Source: Planctomycetia bacterium (GTDB lineage Bacteria > Planctomycetota > UBA1135 > GCA-002686595). From it: DNA of 52,220 nt. This document shows, piece after piece, positions 9,145-16,592 of this stretch. The stretch lies in NCBI GenBank assembly GCA_005789645.1, contig SXXH01000098.1, positions 1-52,220 of the forward strand, read 5' to 3'. The translations under genes and the position numbers were made by a program. The notes below the pieces were generated by a model, which was not told the DNA's origin, did no database searches, and worked only from the letters and a program-made list of their open reading frames with translations. Position 1 is the first letter of the stretch. Every line of letters begins with the position of its first letter.

Positions 9145-10230
9145 CTAGTCCACGGCGTTCCAGACGCGGCACGCCGTGGCCTTGAAGACGCACTCGACCG
9201 GCGTTCCCGCGGCGAGGCCCAGTTCCTCGACGGCCGCGCGCGTGAGCGTGGCCGACAGCAGCGCGCCCGATCCTCGCGCGTCGAGGCGCGCATCGATGCG
9301 CAGCGCCCCTCCGACCTCGACCACGCGCTCGACGCGCGCTTGCAGGCGATTGCGGGCCGAGATGCGCCCCGTCGCGCCGCGCGCCAAGAGGATCTCGTCG
9401 GAGTGCACGGCGAACACGACCCGCCGGTCGAGCGCCAGCCCGCGCTGGGGCACGCGGGCCTGTCCACCGCCCTCGAGTTCCAACAACGCCACGCCATCCT
9501 CCAACGCCACCACGTGTCCGGCGAGCACGTTGTCGAAGCTGGCTTGCGGCTCGACGCCTGCGCGCAGCACGAGCGACGGTTCGCCCTGCGCGACGACGCG
9601 GCCGGCGCGCAGCACCAACACCTCGTCGCACATGGCCTGGACTTCGGACGCGTCGTGGGAGACGAACAAGATCGGGACGCGCAGTTCATCGCGCACCCGC
9701 AACAAGTACGCGAGGATCCTGCGGCGCAGGGGCGCATCCAAGGCGGCCAACGGTTCGTCGAGCATCAACAGCCTCGGGCGGCCGACCAGCGCGCGCGCCA
9801 ACGAGACGCGTTGGCGCTCGCCGCCCGACAAGCCGCCGACGCCGCGCTCGAGCAGCGGAGCAATGTCGAGCATCGCCGCGGTGCGCGCCAAGAGCTCTTC
9901 TCCGGCGGCGTCGAGGCGGCGCGCTCCCACGCGCAGGTTGCGACCCACGTTCCAATGCGGCCAAAGAAGCGCGTCCTGCGGCACATAGCCGATGCCGCGC
10001 TGCTCGGGTGGCAGGTCGATGCCGCTGGCGGAGTCGTGCAGCACCGCCCCCCCCACCACCAAGCGACCCTGCGCGGGGCGACGCCAACCCGCGATGGCCT
10101 CGAGCAAGCTCGTCTTGCCTGAACCGGAAGCTCCGTGGACGCCCAGGGTGCGCACCTTGGTGGTGCAGCGCACCTCCAGCGCGAACTGCCGCTGGCGCAG
10201 GCGCAGGTCGAGCTCCAGGCCGCTGATCAT
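9145..10230 (-). CDS. modC: molybdate ABC transporter ATP-binding protein with C-terminal TOBE domain
   Basis: Walker A GASGSGKTS, signature LSGGERQRV, Walker B LLMLDEP, and a C-terminal TOBE-like region. ATG 10230 overlaps the modB stop (ATGA). Confidence 0.9.
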   Translation of the reverse strand: MISGLELDLRLRQRQFALEVRCTTKVRTLGVHGASGSGKTSLLEAIAGWRRPAQGRLVVGGAVLHDSASGIDLPPEQRGIGYVPQDALLWPHWNVGRNLRVGARRLDAAGEELLARTAAMLDIAPLLERGVGGLSGGERQRVSLARALVGRPRLLMLDEPLAALDAPLRRRILAYLLRVRDELRVPILFVSHDASEVQAMCDEVLVLRAGRVVAQGEPSLVLRAGVEPQASFDNVLAGHVVALEDGVALLELEGGGQARVPQRGLALDRRVVFAVHSDEILLARGATGRISARNRLQARVERVVEVGGALRIDARLDARGSGALLSATLTRAAVEELGLAAGTPVECVFKATACRVWNAVD

Positions 10231-10904
10231 CGCCCTTCGCGCGCCGCGGCGCGTTGCAGCTTCTCGACCGACCACATGAGGACGAAGGCCAACCCTGCCA
10301 CGATGGCGACGAGCCGCAGGGCGGCTTGGGTGTCGCCCAACTGGATCTCGCTGAAGATGGCCAGCGCGATGGTCTGCGTGCGCCCCGGGATGTTGCCGGC
10401 CACCACCACGGTGGCTCCGAACTCGCCCAAGGCGCGGCCGAAGCCCAGCACGCACGCGGCCGCGAGCCCGCGCCGCGCCAAGGGCAAGGTCACGCACCAC
10501 GACACGCGCCAAGGCGTCAGCCCTGCCGTGCGCGCCATGCGCTCGAGGCGCGGATCGACGCCGTCGAAGGCGGCGCGCGCCGTGCGCGCCACCAAGGGCA
10601 GGGCCATCGCGGCCGAGGCGAGCACGGCGCCCTTCCAAGTGAACAAGATTCCCGGATCGAAGCCCAAGGCGCGCTCGCCCAGCCAACCATCGCGCGCGAA
10701 CAAGGCCAGCAGCAAGTAACCGACGGCGACGGGGGGCAAGACCAGCGGCATGGCCAGCAGCGTCTCGACCACGCTCTTGCCGCGGAAGTCCTTGCGCGCG
10801 AGCCACCATCCAGCCGCGATGCCGCAGGGCGCCGCCAAGAAGAGCGCGCAAGCGGCCACGCGCAGCGTCGTGGCAAGCACCTCGAACAAGTCGCCTGCGT
10901 CCAT
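10227..10904 (-). CDS. modB: molybdate ABC transporter permease
   Basis: Multi-TM protein with an EAA-type loop (ARTAGLTPWRVSWCVTLPLARRG) and GEFGATVVVAGNIPGRTQT, typical of ModB/CysTW permeases. Start at ATG 10904. Confidence 0.9.
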   Translation of the reverse strand: MDAGDLFEVLATTLRVAACALFLAAPCGIAAGWWLARKDFRGKSVVETLLAMPLVLPPVAVGYLLLALFARDGWLGERALGFDPGILFTWKGAVLASAAMALPLVARTARAAFDGVDPRLERMARTAGLTPWRVSWCVTLPLARRGLAAACVLGFGRALGEFGATVVVAGNIPGRTQTIALAIFSEIQLGDTQAALRLVAIVAGLAFVLMWSVEKLQRAAAREGR

Positions 10905-10912
10905 CGATCGAC

Positions 10913-11734
10913 CTACTTGGCCGACGCCGAAGGCGTCGATGGCGGCACGAAGCCCTGCTCGGCGAAGCGAGCGCGCGCTTCGACGGAACCGAGGAACCGC
11001 GCGAAGGAGACCGCGGCGGGGTTGGCTCGACCGCGCAACAACGCCAACGAATAGACGATGCGCGGGCCGTCCTCGAGCGGCACTGCATGCACGATGCGCA
11101 CCTTGCTCGAACGCGCGACATCGGTGCGGTAGACGATGCCGGCCTGCGCTCCACCGGCTTCGACGGCGGCGAGGGCGGCACGCACGTCGATCGCCGGCAG
11201 CACGCGCGACTCGACGCCCTCCCACGCGCCGCGCGACTCGAGCCAGGCCTTGGCGTATCGGCCGGCGGGCACGCTGGCGGGATCGCCGAGCGACAACAGA
11301 CGCAGACCTGGCTGCGCCAACTGGCGCGGATCGAACGATCCCGCGAAGAGCGTGCCGTCGACCGCGGGCTCGACCACGACCAGTTGGTTCGACAACAACG
11401 CGACTCGCGTGCCGGGTTCCAACAACCCAGCGACCTCGAGCCTGTCCATCTCGACTTCGTCGGCCGAGAGGAACAGATCGGCCTTCCCGCCAGCGACGAT
11501 CTGCCTGGCGAGTGCGCCAGAACCGCCGAAATTGAAGATCAAGTCGATGCCGTGCGCGCCTTCGTGCATGGCTTCGAGGGCCAGCAAGGCGGCGCGCGTG
11601 CTGGTCGCGGCATGCACCCACACCTCGGTCGGCGCGTCGGAGGACCGGCTGCCGGCGTCCATCGAGCGCGACGACGGCTCACAGGACGCGAGGACCGCGC
11701 CGAGGAGGGCGACATGGGTGAAGAGCGGACGCAT
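10913..11734 (-). CDS. modA: molybdate-binding periplasmic protein
   Basis: Signal/lipoprotein-like N-terminus. Motifs FNFGGSGALARQI, ADLFLSAD, VPAGRYAK and GIVYRTD match the ModA family. It sits directly upstream of modB. Confidence 0.85.
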   Translation of the reverse strand: MRPLFTHVALLGAVLASCEPSSRSMDAGSRSSDAPTEVWVHAATSTRAALLALEAMHEGAHGIDLIFNFGGSGALARQIVAGGKADLFLSADEVEMDRLEVAGLLEPGTRVALLSNQLVVVEPAVDGTLFAGSFDPRQLAQPGLRLLSLGDPASVPAGRYAKAWLESRGAWEGVESRVLPAIDVRAALAAVEAGGAQAGIVYRTDVARSSKVRIVHAVPLEDGPRIVYSLALLRGRANPAAVSFARFLGSVEARARFAEQGFVPPSTPSASAK

Positions 11735-11780
11735 CGCTGGATGTGCTTCGCTGGTGGCGACGGGGGGCGCGCGCAGCGCC

Positions 11781-12317
11781 TCAACCCTTGCCGACGATGA
11801 CCTCGGTCGCCTTGACGATGGCTTGCGCGCGCGAACCGACCACCAAGCCGAGCCGATCGACCGAGTCGGTGGTGATCACCGCGCCCATGCGCAGACCGGG
11901 GGCGATCTCGACCACGACCTTGCTCATCACGTCGCCGCGCGCCACCTCGACCACCTTGCCGGCGAAGCGGTTGGTCGCGCTCAAGGCGCCGAGGTCGATG
12001 CGCGCGCCGCCTTGCGCGAGCGCGAGAGCTTCGCCGAGGAAGGCCACGGGACTCCATCCGCGGCGCGCACCGACAGGCGCGCGCAAACCAGCCTCCGCGG
12101 CGGCGCCCAGCGCGCGGAGCAGGAGCCGTTGGTGCTCGTTGGGCTTGGACACGCCCCGCTCCCACTTGGAGACGGTCATGGCGTGCACGCCCAGCACGGC
12201 GGCGCACTCGGACTGCGACAACCCCAGACGCTCGCGCAGGCGGGCGTCGATGCTGGCCTTGGCGAGCGTCTTCCGCGCGACCTTGCGCAAGGGAGCGCTG
12301 GAGTTGGTGGGGCTCAT
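11781..12317 (-). CDS. XRE-type HTH + Mop/TOBE (molybdate-binding) domain transcriptional regulator
   Basis: N-terminal HTH LGLSQSECAAVLGVHAMTVSKWERG. C-terminal Mop-like SATNRFAGKVVEV...AVITTDSVDRLGLVVGSRAQAIVKATEVIVGK. It is the first gene of the mod array. Confidence 0.75.
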   Translation of the reverse strand: MSPTNSSAPLRKVARKTLAKASIDARLRERLGLSQSECAAVLGVHAMTVSKWERGVSKPNEHQRLLLRALGAAAEAGLRAPVGARRGWSPVAFLGEALALAQGGARIDLGALSATNRFAGKVVEVARGDVMSKVVVEIAPGLRMGAVITTDSVDRLGLVVGSRAQAIVKATEVIVGKG

Positions 12318-12320
12318 GAT

Positions 12321-12352
12321 TAAGCTAGAGCTTACACAACTAAGCGTCTAGC
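12321..12352. promoter_or_regulatory. candidate operator: palindrome TAAGCT-AG-AGCTTA plus a related half-site repeat
   Basis: Inverted repeat TAAGCTAGAGCTTA at 12321..12334, 3 nt upstream of the regulator ATG. TAAGCGTCTAGC at 12341..12352 forms a second imperfect inverted repeat with CTAGAGCTTA. The stretch is a local AT-rich island. Confidence 0.3.
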
Positions 12353-12470
12353 GGGCAAGCCGAGCTCGCGCAGGAGTTGGATGCGGCCGGCACGACCTGG
12401 TCGCACGCGGGATCGGCCGCGCACCTGGCCCTTGATCGTGGCTTTGCCATCCGCGCCGAGTATCCGGCGC

Positions 12471-13154
12471 ATGGACAGCTTCGTGCATGTGGCTCCGGAA
12501 GCCTTGGCGCCGGGGGTCTGCGAGCAATTGATCGCGCGCTTCGACGCCCATCCCGATGTCGGACCCGGTCTCGCCGGAGGCCGGCTCGATCCAAGCGTGA
12601 AGCGCAGTCGCGACCTGTCCTTGCTCGGCCGCACGGACTTCGCCGACCTCGTCGGCGAGCTGCTCGCGGCTGCACGCAGGGAACTGCTGCGCTACGTGCG
12701 CCTGCACCCCTTCGTCGTCCTGGCCGGCAGCTCCTTCGCGCGCCGGGACCAATCCGGCGGGGAACCGCGGCCCTTGACGCCCGAAGGGCTGGCCGCGCTT
12801 CCCGACCACGAGTTGGCCGGGCTGTTGCAACAGGTCTTCCGCCTGGGCGACCTGAACATGCAGCACTACGCGCGCGGCGAGGGCGGCTACTTCGCCTGGC
12901 ACGCCGAGGTCTCGCCGGGCGACCCGAGCGGCGAACCGCTGCACCGCGTGCTGCCCTTCATGGTCTACCTGAACGACGTGGACGAGGGAGGCGAGACCGA
13001 GTGGCACCACCAAGGGCTGCGCCTCAAGCCACGACGCGGGACCTTGGTCATGTGGCCGGCGTACTTCACGCACACGCATCGCGGACTCGTGCCCAAATCG
13101 AGCGACAAGTACATCGTCACCAGCTGGATCCTCTACCAACGCGCCCGTCCCTAG
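12471..13154 (+). CDS. 2OG-Fe(II) oxygenase superfamily protein (prolyl-4-hydroxylase-like), tentative
   Basis: Double-stranded beta-helix pattern: YFAWHAEV..., LPFMVYLNDVDEGGETEW, MWPAYFTHTHRG, KYIVTSW. Start at ATG 12471. Confidence 0.6.
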   Translation: MDSFVHVAPEALAPGVCEQLIARFDAHPDVGPGLAGGRLDPSVKRSRDLSLLGRTDFADLVGELLAAARRELLRYVRLHPFVVLAGSSFARRDQSGGEPRPLTPEGLAALPDHELAGLLQQVFRLGDLNMQHYARGEGGYFAWHAEVSPGDPSGEPLHRVLPFMVYLNDVDEGGETEWHHQGLRLKPRRGTLVMWPAYFTHTHRGLVPKSSDKYIVTSWILYQRARP

Positions 13155-13165
13155 GGCGCGCCCGT

Positions 13166-13243
13166 TTGGTGCGCCCGGGCAGGTTCGAACTGCCGACCTG
13201 CGGTTTAGGATACCGCCGCTCTATCCAACTGAGCTACGGGCGC
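13166..13243 (-). tRNA. tRNA-Arg (anticodon CCU)
   Basis: The reverse complement folds as a cloverleaf: acceptor GCGCCCG/CGGGCGC, D arm GCTC-AGTTGGATA-GAGC, anticodon loop ATCCTAA, T arm GGCAG-TTCGAAC-CTGCC, encoded CCA. There is one G-G mismatch at the top of the anticodon stem. Confidence 0.85.
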
Positions 13244-13331
13244 GTAGTCGGGCATCTTAGCGCGGCGCGGCGCGGTTGCGACCTGTCTCGAAGGCCCGGG
13301 CTTGGGCGGCGAGGCGGGCTATCATCCGCGC

Positions 13332-14528
13332 ATGCGGGCGTCGCGGGCGAGCTTGGCGATGTCGGTGGGTGCGGCGTGGCTTTGGTGCGGCTGCGAGGCG
13401 TCCCGGCCAGACGCGACTCCGCGCGCTCGCCAAGGCGTGATCGCGGCGCGCGACGGAGAGACGCAGGCGCGGCGCGCGCTGGAGCTCGAAGCCGCGCTGC
13501 AGGCAGGCCTCGAAGCAGGGCGCGTCGCGGGAGCGCTGGCGCTCGTGGGTCGCGGCGACGAGGAGTTGGCCTTTTCGGCCATGGGCATGCGCGCCTTGGA
13601 GCCGCGCGTGGAGGCGGCCACGCGCGACACCATCTGGGACATGGCTTCGTTGACCAAGCCCATCGCCACGGCTACATGCGTGATGGCGCTCGTCGACGCG
13701 CGGATCCTCGAACTCGACGCACCCGTCGCGCGTTGGTTGCCCGAGTTCGCCGCGCATGGCAAGGAGGCGATCACCGTCGAACACCTGTTGCGCCATGTGT
13801 CCGGATTGCCCGCCGCGAATCCGCTGGCCGATTACGCGCATGGTCCCGACGAGGCGTGGCGACGCATCTGCGGGCTGGCGCCAGCCGACTCCGCGGGAAC
13901 GAAGCGCAACTACAGCGACGTGGGCTACATCGTGCTGGGCAAGCTCGTCGAGCGCGTCGATGGCGGTTCGCTTGAGGCGGCGGTGCGCAGGCGTGTGCTG
14001 GAGCCCTGCGGCATGCGCGAGGCGGGCTTCCTCGTGGAGCCGTCCCTGCGCGAGCGGTGCGCCCCCACCGAGGTCGGCACGGGCGCACCGCCGCGTGGCG
14101 TCGTGCACGACCCGCGCGCTCGAGCCTTGGGCGGAGTCGCGGGACACGCGGGACTACATGCGACCATCGACGACGCGGCACGTTGGTGCCGGATGCTGTT
14201 GGCCGGCGGCGAGCTGGACGGCGTGCGCGTGCTGTCGACGGAGGCGTGCCGGTCGATGTTGGAGCCGCGTGTCCTCGCCGACGGGTCCGCGCCCCGCACC
14301 ATCGCGCTCGACGCCGATCCAGCCAACGCCGCGCGTGGCGACTTGTTCCCGGCCGGCTCGAGCTGCGGGCACACTGGCTTCACCGGCGTCTCGCTTTGGC
14401 TCGATCCGGCGACGCGCGCCTTCGTCGTGGTGCTGTCGTCGCGCCTGCATCCCGCTGGCCAAGGGGACGCCAAGCCGCTGCGACGAGCCGCGGCCGATGC
14501 CGCAGGGCGCATGCTCGCCGCGCGCTGA
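13332..14528 (+). CDS. serine hydrolase, beta-lactamase/esterase (class C-like) family
   Basis: SxxK motif MASLTKPIA, YSDVGY (the YxN position), HTGFTG (KTG-like), and an N-terminal signal/lipoprotein-like segment. Confidence 0.8.
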   Translation: MRASRASLAMSVGAAWLWCGCEASRPDATPRARQGVIAARDGETQARRALELEAALQAGLEAGRVAGALALVGRGDEELAFSAMGMRALEPRVEAATRDTIWDMASLTKPIATATCVMALVDARILELDAPVARWLPEFAAHGKEAITVEHLLRHVSGLPAANPLADYAHGPDEAWRRICGLAPADSAGTKRNYSDVGYIVLGKLVERVDGGSLEAAVRRRVLEPCGMREAGFLVEPSLRERCAPTEVGTGAPPRGVVHDPRARALGGVAGHAGLHATIDDAARWCRMLLAGGELDGVRVLSTEACRSMLEPRVLADGSAPRTIALDADPANAARGDLFPAGSSCGHTGFTGVSLWLDPATRAFVVVLSSRLHPAGQGDAKPLRRAAADAAGRMLAAR

Positions 14529-14549
14529 ACGCGCAGGCGGACTCGCGCC

Positions 14550-15416
14550 TCAGATGTTCTTCTTGCCGAGGCGATTGAGCAGCACCGAGCCCATCACCGG
14601 CAAGAAGTTGTTCGCGGACACGTAGTTGTGCGTCAGCGAGATGGAGTCGGACAAAGCCGTGACTTCGTGGAACCAACGCTGCGGGAAGAAGATCGTCTCG
14701 CCCGGGTGCACATCGCCGACGAAGTAGCGCAGGTTGGCGAGTCGCGGGTACTTGTCGAGGTCCGGCGCGAGGATGTCCGTGCCGGGGAAGTAGCCCGGCC
14801 CTTGGCGCGTCTCGATGTAGACGTCGTCGGTCTGGTCGTGCGAGATCAGCACCCAACGCTTCACGCCCACCAGCTGGGCGTTCCACGAGTGCGTGCTCAT
14901 CAAGTCCCAGTGCAGCTTGGTGAAGGTCCCCTTCGGACCCAGCAGCAACGCCGTGCCCTTGGGATCCCACTTCCGGGGAAGGCAGCGCTCCCACAGGTCG
15001 TCCGCGTACATGCGCGGCATCGAGTAGTGGGTGGCGAGCTCGGGATGCTGCCGACGGAAGTACCAACCTTCGAGGTACAGCGGCGAGCGGTGTGCGTCCT
15101 GGACGCGACCGGCGCGATGGTCGTCCATCCAGTCGAGGTACTCGCCGACGGTGGTCTTCACGCTCTTGTCGAACTGGCGTCCGCAGACGACCTTGGTCGC
15201 GCCGTAGTTCGCGCGGAAGTAGTCGAAGGTCCAAAGGTCGCGGGCCTTCCACGAATCCTGGATGCCGCCGAGGATGACCGGTTTCTTCTTCTTGTAGTAC
15301 TCGTGGTGGAAGTCGCGCGCCGAGATGGTCGCATGACGGTCGATATCGCCGAGGCGGACCGGTCCCTTGGTCGCGCTGGCGGTCGCGTTGGCAGTCGTGG
15401 AGGCGCTCGTCACCAT
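14550..15416 (-). CDS. JmjC/cupin-8 domain protein (Fe(II)/2OG oxygenase fold)
   Basis: HxD...H pattern (FTKLHWDLMSTHSW ... WFHEVTALSDSISLTHNY) and KKKPVILGG near the N-terminus, typical of JmjC-only proteins. Confidence 0.75.
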   Translation of the reverse strand: MVTSASTTANATASATKGPVRLGDIDRHATISARDFHHEYYKKKKPVILGGIQDSWKARDLWTFDYFRANYGATKVVCGRQFDKSVKTTVGEYLDWMDDHRAGRVQDAHRSPLYLEGWYFRRQHPELATHYSMPRMYADDLWERCLPRKWDPKGTALLLGPKGTFTKLHWDLMSTHSWNAQLVGVKRWVLISHDQTDDVYIETRQGPGYFPGTDILAPDLDKYPRLANLRYFVGDVHPGETIFFPQRWFHEVTALSDSISLTHNYVSANNFLPVMGSVLLNRLGKKNI

Positions 15417-15500
15417 GGTCGCGGATGAAGATTAGCACATGGCATGTCGGACACCGGATGGGCGCGACTCAAGCGACCGCACCGTGCTAACTTGACCTCG

Positions 15501-16571
15501 ATGCGGAGAAGGCGGTTGGGCGGCAGCTCGCTGGAGGTGCCGGTGGCGTGCTTCGGCGCGTATGCGCTGGGTGGAGGCTACTGGGGCCCCCAAGACGAAG
15601 CAGAAGCGGTCCTCGCGCTGCAAGTGGCGATCGACGCTGGCATGGACGCGATCGACACTGCGCCGGTGTACGGCTTTGGTCGCTCCGAAGAGCTCGTCGG
15701 CAAGGCGCTGCGCGGACGGATCGGGCAGGCCAAGGTGCTGACCAAGGTCGGGTTGACGTGGGATGCGCGCCTGGAACCAGGCGATCCGCGGCTCGCGGGG
15801 GTGAAGCACCAACGGGCACCCGATGGCCGCGATGTGGCCGTCGTGCGCGACAGCCGTCCCGTGGCGATCCGCGCTTGCGTCGAGGGCAGCTTGCGGCGCC
15901 TCGGCGTCGAGCGCATCGACTTGGCTCAGATCCACGCGCGCGATCCGCACACGCCTTTGGCGGAGAGCTTGGGCGCCTTGGTCGAGCTGCGACGGGCCGG
16001 CAAGATCGCCGAGATCGGCGTCTCGAACTTCGACGCGCGCGGCATCGACGAAGCGCGTGCCATCCTCGGCGCCGTGCCGCTCGCGGGCCACCAGTTGCAG
16101 TACAGCTTGCTCGCGCGCGAGGCCGAGCGCGAGTTGCTGCCGCAAGCCGCGCGCGGCGAGGTGGGGACGCTGGTCTACGCGGCGCTCGACCAAGGACTGT
16201 TGACGGGCAAGGTACGAGCGGAAAGGTCCTTCGCGACGGGCGAGGGCCGCGGAAAGCGCCGCAGCTTCCAAGCGACGAATCGTGCGCGAGTCAATCGCGT
16301 GCTGGACGAGGTGGTGGCGCCCATCGCGGCGGTGCACGGCGCGACCCTGGCGCAAGTGGTCCTGGCTTGGACCATCGAGCAACCAGGCGTGAGCTGCGTG
16401 CTCGTGGGCGCGCGCAGTCGAGCGCAAGCGCGGGAAAACGCCGCCGCAGGCAGCCTGCTGCTGGCGTCCGCGGAACTCGCCACTATCCGCGCAGCTTTTG
16501 AACGACTGCGGCTCGCGCCCGGCCCGGGCGCGGGCGTGCGGACTTGGCTGAAGTACTTGCTGGGTCGTTGA
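15501..16571 (+). CDS. aldo/keto reductase
   Basis: Motifs GGGYWG, IDTAPVYGFGRSEELVGKAL, IGVSNF, and a C-terminal VLVGARS. Start at ATG 15501. Confidence 0.85.
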   Translation: MRRRRLGGSSLEVPVACFGAYALGGGYWGPQDEAEAVLALQVAIDAGMDAIDTAPVYGFGRSEELVGKALRGRIGQAKVLTKVGLTWDARLEPGDPRLAGVKHQRAPDGRDVAVVRDSRPVAIRACVEGSLRRLGVERIDLAQIHARDPHTPLAESLGALVELRRAGKIAEIGVSNFDARGIDEARAILGAVPLAGHQLQYSLLAREAERELLPQAARGEVGTLVYAALDQGLLTGKVRAERSFATGEGRGKRRSFQATNRARVNRVLDEVVAPIAAVHGATLAQVVLAWTIEQPGVSCVLVGARSRAQARENAAAGSLLLASAELATIRAAFERLRLAPGPGAGVRTWLKYLLGR

Positions 16572-16573
16572 GC

Positions 16574-16592
16574 GACGCGCCGCCGGCGCGTC
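16574..16592. terminator. palindromic hairpin between convergent genes
   Basis: The 19-nt palindrome GACGCGCCG-C-CGGCGCGTC lies between the reductase stop (16571) and the stop of the minus-strand gene (16591..16593). No T-tract follows. Confidence 0.3.

Noticed and set aside
9145-11181. The 678-aa ORF as one large protein spanning the modC and modB region.
   Set aside because: Only the C-terminal 361 aa (from ATG 10230) look like ModC. The upstream part is a shadow frame over modB, which is clearly encoded in another frame (10227..10904).
12353-12470. A possible Moco riboswitch in the leader of the mod operon.
   Set aside because: I could not recognise the conserved Moco-motif elements by eye, and the regulator ATG is only 3 nt from the palindrome, which leaves little leader. 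A covariance-model scan (Rfam Moco_RNA_motif) over 12318..12470 on the minus strand would settle it.
13166-13243. The tRNA-Arg gene as an integration site for a genomic island, or as a pseudo-tRNA.
   Set aside because: No integrase, direct repeat of the tRNA 3' end, or compositional shift is visible on either side. The flanking genes look like ordinary chromosomal genes. The single G-G mismatch in the anticodon stem is not enough to call a pseudogene, since all other arms and the CCA end are intact.
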